From NCBI GenBank assembly GCA_012295275.1, contig CM022673.1, forward strand, positions 24,366,001 to 24,430,000: 64,000 nt of DNA, in the 5' to 3' direction. The notes beneath the pieces were generated by a model, which had not been told where the DNA came from, made no database searches, and saw only the letters and a list, made by a program, of their open reading frames with translations. This DNA comes from Chrysomallon squamiferum (Eukaryota; Animalia; Mollusca). A program made the position numbers and the translations under genes. Numbering within the stretch: the stretch's first letter is position 1; each line of letters opens with the position of its first letter. Shown piece by piece: positions 29,588 to 42,858 of the stretch.

Positions 29588-30649
29588 GTGTCAAGATTAC
29601 TCATTACGAACGAAAAATGTGCATCTTTAACAAGGCAAGAGACCCCATCAAAAACATTTAGAGCTGGCAAAGGTGTTAAAATTAATTTATTGTTTTTAAA
29701 CATTAATGGTGTTAGTCTTTTATTTTGGTTTTGATTTTTCTGAGTTTCGAAACGCGGTTGAAAATCAAAACAGTTTTCTGGTTGTCCAAACGCGGGTATG
29801 GTATAGAAAAATATCGCAGTGAAGGTTTACGTTTAGTAAGTATATTAGTGAGTTTGTGTTCACGGCTATAATAATATCAGCTGCAGCAGGAAAAGTAGCA
29901 ACACAAATATATCTGTAGTTACAGTAGTTCTCAGTCGTATCTGTGGTAATGGTAACTGTATAGTGACGGTAGAAGATACGGAATAGCATTAGTGATAATA
30001 ATAGTAAAACAAATATTTATCTTTTGACGAAAACGTAGAACGCAGTTCCTAACTTAGTTTTCTTCTCTTACATTTGTCTAAAGTGATAAATTAGTATAAT
30101 GTGTTAGGTATATAAATCTGATATCTGGTCTCGGTTTTGTGTTAGTGGGTTTGTATATACGCAAAAAGCGGGACCTACTTACTTGTGTTATTGCGAAATA
30201 GCTCAGAGTCAGAAACAGATACAGAGTCAGAAACAGATGTACACGTTACAAATACAACGTTATATTTAGCTCAGATACTTACTATCGTAAATCTCTCACT
30301 TAGTAAGGTCGTGACATTTGTGGATCAACCAGGAAGATGAGAAGCAATGTACACACATGCATACACACAGCCGCACGTGTAGATTTACAGACACAACACA
30401 AATATACACACATAAACACATTATAATATTACACATGTACGTGTTTGGAGACTGAAATTACGCACACACATTTTACGCACACGCATATGTAGACTGCCTG
30501 TTTTCTTATATATATATATATATATATATACAAACACAAACTAGTATATTATACAAACACAGCCTATATGCACTGATATACTTTCTCACGTCATAAATGT
30601 TTGCGTTCATACACAGACAGACTAATTCCACATACATCGATAACATCAA

Positions 30650-31035
30650 AAATAGATTAAAAAAAGATAAAGTTTAAAAAAAGATATAAAAGACAGTTTA
30701 AAAGAAATATAAAAGAAGGTCTAAAAAAGACACTGAGAAAGTTTTAAAAAGGTATATAGGAAGATTTAAGAAATATATAAAGAGGGATTAAAAAAGATAT
30801 AAAAGAAGGTTTTAAAAAAAATATAAAGCAAAGTTTAAAAAGATATAAAGCAAAGTTTAAAAATATATACAGGAAGGTTGAAAAACGATATAAAGAGGGA
30901 TTAAAAAAGCTATAAAAGAAGGTTCAAATAAGATATCAAGAAAAATATAATAAAATTTAAATAATAACGAAAGTAAAATCAAAAAAGATTTAAAAAAATA
31001 AAGTTTAAAAAATATAAAAAAGAAGTTTAAAAGAA
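30650..31035. repeat. Degenerate purine-rich tandem repeat (~21-22 bp, AAAAAGATATAAAAGAAGGTTT-like)
   Basis: Recurrent gatataaa(a)g...gttt/ggatt motif with ~22-bp periodicity. Confidence 0.65.
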
Positions 31036-31052
31036 ATGTCTAGAATTCTGCA

Positions 31053-31450
31053 TCACTCAGCTGTTTTATCTAGTCTTAGGAAGATTTTTTTTATATCAAG
31101 TCTTAAACTCAGCTGTTTTATCAAGTCTTCACTCAGCTGTTTTAAAATATCTTCACTCAGCTGTTTTATCAAGTCTTCACTCAGCTGTTTTATCAAATCT
31201 TCACTCAGCTGTTTTATCAAGTCTTCACTCAGCTGTTTTATCAAATCTTCACTCAGCTGTTTTATCAAGACTTCACTCAGCTGTTTTATCAAGTCTTCAC
31301 TCAGCTGTTTTATCAAGTCTTCACTCAGCTTTTTTTACCAAGTCTTCACTCAGCTGTTTTATCAAATCTTCACTCAGCTGTTTTATCAAGTCTTCACTCA
31401 GCTGTTTTATCAAGTCTTCACTCAGCTGTTTTATCAAGACTTCACTCAGC
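31053..31450. repeat. Minisatellite, 24-bp unit CACTCAGCTGTTTTATCAAGTCTT, about 15-16 copies
   Basis: Directly visible. It generates the spurious IKQLSEDL and SSLSCFIK ORFs. Confidence 0.96.
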
Positions 31451-32355
31451 AGACACAAAGTAACGTATTACCAGACTCCGACATCAAGTCATCAGTTACA
31501 GCTTATCTTATAAAACTCATTCTTCCCATTCTTACATTTTCTTGTACGTTTTTATTTTCATTACTGAGTGAGAGTAAGAAGCAGTTTTAAATTAGAAGAA
31601 TTTTATTTCATTCCTTTTTTTTGTTTTTCCTTCCACTCCACTTTCTCTTCCTTTTCTAATTCTTCTTCAACAAGCGTTTAATTTTGTTTCGTTTTCATGC
31701 CCGTCTTCGTCATCATCATCATCATCATTATCTTCTTCGTCCTCGTCGTCTTCTTCTTCTTCATGAAGAGACTGTATCAGAACACGTGTTTAAGACTAAC
31801 TGATGGTGATTAATCAGTTTTGCTCGGTTCTCGTATTCAAATCTCGCTCGAAATCTTTACCAAAAGATCAGTTAATGTTAAAACGTGTCGTGTCTGGTCA
31901 AACATTTACTTATTCGTTCTCTTACTCTTTTCGCAGATACATTTTTGAATGTATGGGTGTATGAATGTGTGAGTGTGTGTGTGTGTGCTTTACTTTTAAA
32001 TTTCTAAGAATTATGTTAAGCTTAGCTTACGTCAGTTACCCTGAAACTACACTTTCATGTTACATGTATTTATTTTATTTGTTTTACTCGAGAATATAAA
32101 CGAATATGTTTTAGTTGGATTTGTTACTGAGTGGGTTAGAATGTTTAAATGTGCTTTATAAATTCCATATGAAATATGAATAATGAAATTAATTTTTATA
32201 TTTGATTTCAAGAGAAACTTTTCTTATCCGCCTTGAATAATAATAATAACAACAAAAACAACAACAGCCACAATAATAATAACATCACTAATAGCAACGA
32301 TATCAATAGCGACAGTCATAATGGGATGAGGAATTATAATAAAAGAAAAACACTC

Positions 32356-32636
32356 GAGTCTGTAAACAAATAGGTCGTTAAAGGCTCAGTTTTATTAGAA
32401 ACAGAACATCGATGTATATATACATGTAGAAGTTTAATTTTATGTTTGTGACAATAGCTGGCTTCAGAAAGTTTGATACGTTGCTGGCTTTTTTTAGGTT
32501 GCTCTGCCATTACGACGAATTCAATGAAACAAAGAAAAATGCACACTTCTGCTTTGGACACTCAATCTAAATGAGTTAATTAACTTATGTCCTAACACAG
32601 TAATACTAATCCTGTTCATTTATCTGCATTCACATT
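32356..32636 (+). repeat. Dispersed repeat, copy C (5'-truncated)
   Basis: gagtctgtaaacaaa ... ctgcattcacatt matches about 24625-24913. Followed, like copy A, by (AT)n and then (GA)n. Confidence 0.92.
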
Positions 32637-32651
32637 ATATATATATAGGGG

Positions 32652-32740
<89 letters not shown>

Positions 32741-33870
32741 ACACTTTGAAAACAAATCGTGTATCTACCTACCCAGCGGTTTCAGTTATCTATCTCAAGT
32801 ATTAGGATGCGATTATGACGTTCAACTATTGTGACGTCATACTGTTGTTACTGTCACATCTAGGTTTCTAGATTTTGTTCCTTAGTCATTCCAAAAACAT
32901 TGAAAAAAAACACACTACTTAATCTACCTTGAAGTTAGTATTTTATGATTACGAAAAGTTTGATTATACAGCAAATTACTTGATTTTATGATATAAATTA
33001 TTTACATATACACAGACACACAGACACCCACATCTTAGTTTTCTATCACTAATGTTGTTACTATTTTTATTTTTTTGTTTCATTTTGCTTATTACAAAAC
33101 AAAATTATATATATATGTGTGTGTACGTGTGTGTGTGTGTGTGTGTGTGTGCGTGCGTGCAAAGTACCCACAAAAACACCCCATACCATACACACACTCA
33201 TACCATACGCATAAGTATTCAGTTTCTCTTTGTTCATTTATTTATTTGTTTTGTTTTGTTTTAAATACCTTTTTATTTTTCGTTTTTCGATTTCTGTTAT
33301 TGTTTATTTATTTTGATTTTTTAGTTCGAATTGTTTGATCACTTAGTAGTAATTAGTCTTCACCAAACACAGAAAAACACGCAGATTATGCTTTCTATTC
33401 CGGCCATGGCTGGATCGGGAAATAATGAGCGTTGTTGTCAGAGCTAAATTCCTTCCTAGACAGTTTTATAAATATATAAATATATGCGTACATAAATATA
33501 CATACATGTATATATAAATATATAAACAAATACGTATATAAATACACATATATGTATATATAAATATATAAATACATAAATAGATAAATATGCGGATGTA
33601 TAAATATATAAATATATGAATTCATTCGTTAGATTTAATTCAAGTCAGAGTTTACACTTATTAGTTTTCCATTTATTTCCACACTGGCAGCAGTGCTATT
33701 GTCACTTTAATAATTACTCTTAATATCGTCTCGACTCCGTGTGAGATTAAAGGAAATTAATCAACGCTGGATTCTTCCTTGAACAGAAATACAAAATGAT
33801 TAAACTTATTAACAAAACTTCTATAAACACGAATTACGTCACAGAAATAAACTTTTCAAAACAAAACAGC

Positions 33871-33968
<98 letters not shown>

Positions 33969-35087
33969 CATATGTTACAAATATAGCGGCTGTTCTTCGG
34001 TATTAAAGTACTCGCTTCCATAATTACAAATATAAATAGATGCTGTCGGTGGTTTATTTCTGTATTTTAATTTATTTTTAATTACGTCGCGTTTAGGGAC
34101 ATGATCATATTTATACTGAAAATAGGCTTAACGAGACTTTAACCACTCATTATTAGGAAGCAACTGAATTCTTACGTTCTGTAAATAGCATACGTTGTTT
34201 TTTTCTTTTCTCTTCAGATCTCTGGGTTGTTTTTTTTAATTCTAGGATGTGAATATTATTACATAAATATCTAGTTTATTTAATCTCTTGTTCGAAATAG
34301 CATTATTATTTCTAACATTTACCACTCTAACTGTTTACTTCAAAATAAGAAATGATAGAATAATGGGTTGGGTTTTTTTTTGTGTGGGTGTGTGTATATG
34401 TTTGTTTGATTATTTGTTTTGGCTTTTTTAGAAAACAGTTAAATCTTTTTGAATGGCAAAAAACCCGACAGTTCAATCAAAGTGGATTAGTGCAAGGGAG
34501 ATAACTCGTGTTCACTGCTAAATGTTACAGAAAAATGTCTGCAAACGTTCATTCAAACTTGTTCCGTTCCATATGGTAACAACAAAACTACTGAAGGCAA
34601 ATACAAATCACACAAAGCACTTAACATATTTTTTTATTATTATTAAAAATACCCTATTAAAATAAAATGGACAGTTAATTCAATTTTATTACAAAGACAA
34701 ACTATTAAAATAAAACGTTTTAAGAAAGAAAGTGAAAACAGTGAGAAAAATGTTTATAAACAGGCTCGTGGTGACTGTCTGGATAAGACTGATTTGACCG
34801 TATTTTGCACACACAAAAACACAAGAAACAATTTCTTCTTATTTTATCCACAGTTTTGTCATAATTTAATACCTAGGTCCATCCCCCACCCCACCCCGAC
34901 ATTATAAACAATTGTGTTTGTGAAAGAATACTCTTCACTTTTAAACATTTTCTTTTTATTAAACTGTATCTGGTATTTGCAGAACTACTATTTCCGTAAC
35001 GCTGCTTGAAAAGAAAACATTTAAATAAGTTTGTATTTGTATACGATCATTCAAAGCCCAGACCAGTGTAAACAGATATTACAACAA

Positions 35088-35118
<31 letters not shown>

Positions 35119-35303
35119 GAAAGTCGTCTACCCCACAACACATTAAATAAAATAATAATACGGGTGGATACAAACTGTACTCGACAAACAGACCTGTTAT
35201 TCATGTCCACTCTTTTCTTTCTCTCGTTTTCTATTAATCCAGACACGTACATTAAATGTGAAGTAATGACTAATAATAAATAATACGAGCAGAACTGACT
35301 TAC

Positions 35304-35327
35304 CGTGAGATCTTCCCTTTCTGACAT
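35304..35327 (-). other. Candidate first coding exon segment (MSEREDLT) of an unidentified minus-strand gene
   Basis: accATG TCA GAA AGG GAA GAT CTC ACG followed by a consensus donor gtaagt. Lies at the end of a non-repetitive CpG-containing island (to about 35560). Confidence 0.35.
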
Positions 35328-36072
35328 GGTAAATGATTTCCAAGGTGGTGATATATCGCTTGTAGACGCTTCTGTGACAAGACCAAGATCAGCGTTTTCG
35401 TCAATATTGAGAACTCGTTTTTACAAAGTCTACGCAACGTGACACTAGGCGTTTCTGACTGGTCGGTTCTTACGCTCCCCGCTTTATTTATGTCATTCAC
35501 AAAACGTTCATTCACAAAATGTTTTGACTGAAATGGAGGACGGGTTATAACCTCATAACGTATATTATTACGTGAAAAAAACTACGAGTGTGTTTGACTT
35601 TGTAAACGTTGTAAATGATCACAGTCATTTTTTTTTTTTTTTTTTTTTTTCAAAAATTTAAAATTATCGTTTTATATCGGATTACATTTCTTTTTTCTTT
35701 TTCGTTTTGTTATTTTTCCTTTTATTATTAATAGTTAGCAAATATAAATAATAGTAGTGCTAATAGTAGTAGCAGCAGTAGAAGTAGTAGAGTAGCGGTA
35801 GTAATAATGGTTATAGTAGAGGTAGTAGTAGTAATAGTACTAATAGTGGTAGTGGTAGTGAAAATTGTAGTTGTAAGCCAATCTCTTTTTGCTAAGTTTA
35901 TATATTTTCAGTTCTTAAATAAAATACAGTCGAGTAGAAGATATTATAAGTCTATTATTATTACATTTGTTTACTTGACATATCCACTCTTTCGTACAGC
36001 AATTATTGTTCGAGTATTTCATTTCTTACTCGACAGATCGATGCGCTCATTGAATTGTACAGACAGTTCTCT

Positions 36073-36177
36073 AAGGCCACAGTATGTTTTTTTCCCGTCT
36101 ACGGGAAGGTGCACTTAAAGATTACTGGTTGCTAACGAGTTATTAGAGTGTTAACGGTGGGTTTTTTCTCTCGTGTC
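36073..36177 (+). mobile_element. Degraded SINE-like repeat, same family as 19176-19370, opposite orientation
   Basis: aaggccacagtatg...cccgtctacgggaaggtgcac...gctaa...gggttttttctctcgtg. Partial reverse-complement match to about 19268-19290. Confidence 0.4.
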
Positions 36178-37984
36178 ATGAAAAATGAACAAGAGAAACT
36201 AAATTGCATTTCTGATAATGCAAAAATTAATTGAAACTGTACTGAGAACATGTTACATAAATAATCATATATTCTTTCTTCTAATTTTTTTTTTTTTTTT
36301 TAATAATTGTTTTAATACTTATTTTTTTCTTTCTTTAATCTAACACAAGAAGAAGAAGAAAATTAAGAGAGATCATATTAAATATACTTCAGCATCTATT
36401 TTAGAAAATAATAAAAAAATATATATGTATATTGTTCTACGTGTAATATTTGTTTTCTCCCACACATTATTGATGCTTGGAGTGAAATGGCAGTCTGCAA
36501 GGAACGTGTTACTCGTTGTAACAAGTGGCACACACTGAATGAACACTGAAAAACGGTCGTTCGCCTACTCACACTGAATTATCACATTTTTACACTAATG
36601 ACAGGAGAGAGAGAAAAAAACACCCAGCAGCAGCAGAGAGTATCAAGTTATCAGGATTATTGTAGAAATTATATCGTAGGCGCTGCATCTGCTTTCAATG
36701 GGCAGACGGCAGACTGAATTGTCATTCGTTTTCCCGTTACGACTCCAGCTTGCTTCAGTTATTATTTACAATTAAAATCTGCGAGCGAGGGATGCCTACG
36801 TCTTTCCCAGCTTTTTAATGAAAGATAATTGTCCACACCGCGCGTTAAGTTCGATTTAAGTGATATGAAAACACGTTTGTCTGAAAGCCATGTTGTCAAT
36901 GGCGATTCACTTTTTGGTCTGCTGCGATTCAGTGTAAAACAGAATTTAAAAAATAAAAATAATAATAATAATAAAATAAAATTAAAAATCGGTTGTAGAG
37001 GAAAAAAGAAGAAAACCACTAAGTACATGAAACAAAAACAAAACAAACAACTTAAACTTAAACTGAAAAAAAAAAATAATAAAATAAAAAGAAGAAAATA
37101 AATAAATAAATAAATAAAACTAATAATAATAATTATTATTGTTGTTGTTATCTCGCTCGCTGTCTAAGATCAAAACATGCAGATATCTTCAGTCACGTGA
37201 ATATTCAATTGCACACATAAGCCTGGATTAGTTTACAGTATAGTTACAACGGCTGTCTGGATCAATGGTTGCTATTATTACAATCGATTTTAAGTTAATT
37301 TTTTATCATAATTAAATGTTAAACAAGCGCCAAGCAAACTTGTTTATCAGTGAATGGTAATAAATCAAACACACAGTAGCAAAAACCCTCTAAACAAGCA
37401 GATTAATACAAGTTAGTCACGAAGAGATTAGAATTATATAATTTTATTGCTGTATTCCAGTTGCATAAATTCTTTGAAAACAATAGGAAAAACGACACAC
37501 TGGATCAAAATGTAAACTGAATTAATAATTTAGTTTAATATGCTTGATCAACTTAATAAAAAATTAAATTATAAAACAAAAGAATGAGTTTAAGTTTTCA
37601 AAAGAGGTTTTTTTTGTTTCTGTTTTTGTTTTGTTTTGTTTGTGTTGTTGTTGTTGTTTTTTTGTTAGATACTTGAGCAACCACTCCACGTGTTTAGCAA
37701 CAACTAATCTTATATGCACATAAACACAACAGCTTGGCTTGTGATAAACCAAATACGAGCGACTGGTTGGAATGGAAAATATCAAAACTGGTCCACAGAG
37801 GTGAATCGAGTCTGCGTCAGACATCAAACAAATTTCAAGTTCAGTGAAATCAAGTGCAAGTACACTGTGAACAAGAATTAACATAACGCGACACCAGTAA
37901 TACACATTTATGTGTCTGGCCGTGTCGTGTTAAAAATTCAGTCACCGAGAATAATAAAATCAGACGCCTGCTAGAGTGTTAGAC

Positions 37985-38105
37985 ATTCCGCGCATTCGAC
38001 AACGCCAAGAGAATGCGCGAGTTTTCTCATAAATAATACATTTCCGGTCCGCAGTTTGTCAGCGCCATGTGCTGTTGGACCGCCCGCGGGTTACTCCGCG
38101 TTTGA
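37985..38105. promoter_or_regulatory. CpG-rich promoter-like island
   Basis: Locally high GC/CpG. ETS-like TTTCCGGT (38041), YY1-like CGCCATGT (about 38063), inverted pair cgcgcattc (37989-37997) / gaatgcgcg (38011-38019). Confidence 0.5.
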
Positions 38106-38383
38106 AAGTAAAACTTTTGTTTTAGTTTCACAGTTCGTAAAGTGCTAAAAATTGTGTTAAATCCTTGTGCTATTCATATCTTAATACGATTTAGTTGTGG
38201 TAAATTTGCATATTCTTGTTTTCAATAAAGTTTTTAACGACGGGTAAAATTGTCGCAGCGTATTAGTTTTTCAGATAAAAAAGACGATCGTCTGCAGATA
38301 ATAAATAAAATATTTAATTACTTGTTATTTCGTAGTAGGTTACTGACACAGAAAAAATCATGTTTCAGGTACGACAGTCCTAG

Positions 38384-38430
<47 letters not shown>

Positions 38431-38738
38431 CATTTTGTAATGACTGGTTAGTTTCATTTCCTGCGTTCGAGCACGAGTTAAATATTTGTCAATTAAATTT
38501 ATATTAAATGTTGCAACATCCTGATCACAGAACATTAAGATATCGTTAAAAATAAATTTGACTAAACATTATGAATGGATGGATGACAAAACAGATAATG
38601 GTTACTGATGGCTTTTTTTGCTTTTTCTACACTAGAAATGATAGAGCATCACTCCTACCCGTCTGTTTTACATTTTATATAAATCATCTCCCAGCACGAA
38701 TCCACGACTATTACAGCTGTTTTGTTTGCTTGTTTTCT

Positions 38739-38769
<31 letters not shown>

Positions 38770-39140
38770 GAGGGGGCACCGATTTATACCAATTCTGATC
38801 ATCTCCTTGTTGCAAAGCAGCAATTCTAACAATCACACGCATCCAAAAATCCAATTTCGTTTTATTTTGAAAGTAAGAATTTGAAGAGAGAGAAAGAGAG
38901 AGTACAATAAACAATTGGCCTATAATATCACCTTGTTACATTTAATACAAGTTAATTACCTCTTTAATAAATAAATAATTACTTTAAGTTTTAGAAATCA
39001 AAGTTATTTTCCTTTAACAGGATAGAGGTATATTTGTTATATTACAAATTCAGCTACAGGTACCAAACCATTTATCCAGCAAGCTTTGGATCATATTTGT
39101 GGATTTATCAGACGTTTGGATACAGGCTATATATATATAT

Positions 39141-39186
<46 letters not shown>

Positions 39187-40811
39187 TGGATAGGTAGACA
39201 GGTAGGAAAACAGAGATGTATGTAAAATATAAAATAACAAGCAGATACAAATCAGAATGTTCTTAAATAAGGGTCTTTTTGATCATTATTAAACCACTTG
39301 GAATTCCTAGAATAGAATATATATTATGGAAACTAAAAAGTACACACAACCAGTATAATAGCCCCAAACAATCCCTAAAAGCTCACTCTAGTGTCTTGAG
39401 CTGTCCCAAAAACACTACATCGTCTCCACTTCTACTTTGGAGAGACAATGGGTGATAGCATGGGAATAACAGCTCTCAGTTTTTTTTAGTAGTTCTTCAC
39501 AACCAGGGTGGTTTTGGGGTTAGGGAGTGTTTTGAGGCTCACATACCAGTTACCTGGATAAAGTTTCTGAAAGAGAGATAATTGGATTTGTACCTGTACC
39601 TGTACCTACATATATTATTGATCAAATTGTGAAATATGACCATAAAATAACTGACTTCTAAAATGACAATATGTATGAAATAATTATAGATAAATTGCAG
39701 TAAATTAATACTGGGGAAAAAAAAAGAAAATCGATAAAATAATAGTAATAATAATATTAAAATAAGAAAGAAAAAAATCCTTGGTATGTGGAGTTTTAAA
39801 AACACTAAACTGTAAACAAGTGTCAAATCTGTAAATGTGTTAATCCTTTCAGAAACAGAAGTATTGTGTACTGAACTAAAAATATGACAGAAAACAAGTG
39901 AGTTAATCCTATTACAGTAAAGTGCAAATTAACCATGTCATTAACTTGGTCAGTTATTCTTGATCTGAATGGAAAATTATGATATTTTTAACACTACCTA
40001 ATTTTTAATAAAACAGTGAGTGGTGATTTAGCATTGTTTTTCTCAGCCAGTTTCACAACTGTGCTACTGTACACTTTAGTGAATGTCTGCCAACTGACCT
40101 CAATAATTTCTGATTTCTGTACTACAAGACAATAAATTCAGTCTATTAAAAGTCGAGGATTTAAACCTATTACCACAAACTCACCAATTATCAATGTTGT
40201 TATTAATATTATTTATTCTGCCACCAGATGATAAATGAAAACGTGTCATATTAAATAGTGGCTGCAATGGGAACAGTTGAATATCACTGACATATCACAT
40301 CACTGTGCAGCAGTTGGAAGTCTTTCTACATGTACTTTTAACTCTCCATAAATCAGTTGCACTATTGACAAAAATTGCTTCTGTTTTTTGTTGAAGACCA
40401 TTTTCAAATGACTCAAAATGAAAAACCCAGGCATATATCGAGCCATTTGAAATGTCAAGAATTAATATTTTAAACAGAGCTCTGCAACATCAGTTATCTT
40501 GTCAAGACTGCAACAAAACCCTATTACTATTTCATTTCTCTGACTGGTTCAGGGATTTATCTGTCTTCCTCTTCTTGTTACAGTTTTATAAATAGATAGC
40601 ACCTTCATTCAATAGTTTTCATGACCATTCCATGTTATCATTAACAATAAATTTCCAACAAAACAAAAAATAAAAAATTTGGTACAATATACTCTGTGTA
40701 ATTAATTAGACACCATTATTTATTATATTGGCAGTAGATATAAAATTAAATAAATAAATAATAAAATTCAGCTATAATTGGGGTATAAATAATATAAAAA
40801 GGAAGAACAGA

Positions 40812-40858
<47 letters not shown>

Positions 40859-40884
40859 AAAATACAATAAGTTTGAAGAAGGTA

Positions 40885-41385
40885 CTAAAACGTGAAACTG
40901 GTGTGAGTTCTTCTGTACGAAACAGAAGAAAAGAAAATGAAACCTAGTATTAAACAAACATTGTCAACGAGCATTCTCACTTGATTCCAGTAGTGAACAT
41001 TGTGTTCTGTCCAGTACGTGAGATCACCGTCTACGACTACAGTCAACAAAGTAACAGCAGGAATGAGACATAAGAAAATGTCTTGTATAAAATACCCAGA
41101 AATAAAACACAAGGCACTGCCCAACAACACCAATGTTAACAAATAATGCAGCCACTGACTGTGCCAGAAATGCTGCAAGAAAGCGTCTCTGTGCTGCTCA
41201 CTGTAGTTGAGAATGAATGAAGAGGACAAACAACAGAGTCCTATGAGAATCTCTCCCACTCTCTGCCACTGTGTCAACTCAACTGCTCTGTGTTGTTGGG
41301 ATTTCTGCCGATCTGTTCTCACAAAGAAATCACCAAGAAGGAGATAAATACCAGAACAGCCAATCTGTCTTGTAGACATTTGTAT
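40885..41385 (-). CDS. TMEM101: TMEM101 homolog, last coding exon (166 aa plus stop; whole protein about 270 aa, multi-pass membrane)
   Basis: Acceptor tttcaaatcttacag|ATA CAA ATG. Motifs ALCFISGYF and DGDLTYWTEHNVHYWNQVRMLVDNV match TMEM101 ALAFLSGYY and DGNVAYWH...VEFWNQMKLLGESV (from recall). Confidence 0.92.
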   Translation of the reverse strand: MQMSTRQIGCSGIYLLLGDFFVRTDRQKSQQHRAVELTQWQRVGEILIGLCCLSSSFILNYSEQHRDAFLQHFWHSQWLHYLLTLVLLGSALCFISGYFIQDIFLCLIPAVTLLTVVVDGDLTYWTEHNVHYWNQVRMLVDNVCLILGFIFFSSVSYRRTHTSFTF

Positions 41386-41812
41386 CTGTAAGATTTGAAA
41401 AACAAAAACATAAAAAAAAAATACTGTTCTTCTGAAAAGGCTCAGTACATTATTAAGTTAAATTGTTTGCAATTTTTACAATTCCTCAAGAATCCCATTT
41501 TTTAATAAACCAAAGTTTGTTAAAAATGTTATACCTGAAACAAAATTATTATTAAATTGCGACATTTCAAATTAAATATCGTTTAACAGGTAAAAAAGTA
41601 TTTAGGTACAAAAGCAATCCAAAATAATTTTTGAATGCACCAGGAAATGCATTTAATATCACTAACTATTCTAAATTAATAAATAAACAAGACTCTTCCA
41701 TGTTCCACACAGTTATCCTTTTTACACATTAATTTAAATTTGATATGTAGAGAAATAGATTACAATTGTAAGTGTAATAATAACTTTTAAAAAGTGTACA
41801 TTAATTACTCAC

Positions 41813-41993
41813 TTTCTGCCACTTATCATACTGAAATCTGCTGTTGGTGTAGAAGTTGTAGGCGAAGTACAACAGTTGTCCTGTGTAAATCAGAGATGCT
41901 TCTTTCACCAGCAGTCTTGTAGAGAAGAGAAATCCACACAAAACAAACAAACCCAGGTTTATGTAGATGAGTTGTGGATTGATTGGAGGGTAA
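41813..41993 (-). CDS. TMEM101: TMEM101 homolog, coding exon 2 (181 nt)
   Basis: Acceptor ttttattaccag, donor AAA|gtgagt. (S)YPPINPQLIYINLGLFVLCGFLFSTRLLVKEASLIYTGQLLYFAYNFYTNSRFQYDKWQK aligns with TMEM101 KPDIPVPYLYFDMGAAVLC...QL...YGDWLK. Phases fit both neighbouring exons. Confidence 0.9.
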
Positions 41994-42166
41994 CTGGTAA
42001 TAAAAACAACACATCAGATATTATTTCTGCTGATCTTTTGTATTTTGGCATTTTATCTTTAAAAGCACTGTTGCTCAGTAAAAACTGTTCATTGGGAACA
42101 CAGAATTTAACAGATATACAGTAATTTGATAATACCAACTAGCTACTTAATTTGGTCATATTTACA

Positions 42167-42219
<53 letters not shown>

Positions 42220-42244
42220 TTGCAGTGAATATTAACACCATTTA

Positions 42245-42498
42245 CAGGTTGATAACCCTTTTTTGAAAATAACTAAATTTGAAACTAAAAAAACACCCTA
42301 AATAATGATATGTTAACTAAGTTAAACATTTCAGATGATTTTAAACTTTTATGTACAAAAACGTATTCCATAATCAAAATTATTTTAAAATACGTATTTA
42401 AATAAATAAATAAATATCTGAATATGAATTTAGACTAAGTTTCCAAAACACAGGACCCTTCCGGTCTCAATCATTTCGGATCAGGAACACACAATCTC
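42245..42498. mobile_element. Old Tigger-derived MITE-like relic in TMEM101 intron 1
   Basis: Starts ta-CAGGTTGA.. and ends ..cttccggtctcaatcatttcggatcaggaacacacaatct, resembling MER2/MER46-type termini. Heavily decayed. Confidence 0.3.
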
Positions 42499-42858
42499 AG
42501 GATCTCTGTCACTAATGTTACTCAGTTAGTGTCACTGTTAGTGTTATTGTTAATAATAATACTAAAATAGTGTTTAACTGGACGAAAGTAAGTGCTTATT
42601 AGGGGGTTTAATATTGCTGCTACTTCCTTAATTTTCAACATATTCACTTGATTTTGGTATCATTTTAAAGAGGTTTACAAGCTCTACCCAACTGTCTTAT
42701 TTATTTTCAGATTAGCGGGGTCTGAAAAATTTGTCCACATACCTAATAATATTAATAGTAAGATGTTTTGTTTCATGTTTGTCTTGATGATGTTGATCGA
42801 AAAGATAAGTTTGACATTTTTATAAAAATATTATAGTACTAGTACTAGTTATATTAAC

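Noticed and set aside
31053-31316. Coiled-coil-looking (IKQLSEDL)n ORF
   Set aside because: It is a 24-bp minisatellite open on both strands, with a frameshifted unit and no flanking exon signals.
35304-35327. MSEREDLT as the start of 14-3-3 epsilon
   Set aside because: Similarity is limited to REDL, and no VYxAKLAEQAERY continuation was found in the window.
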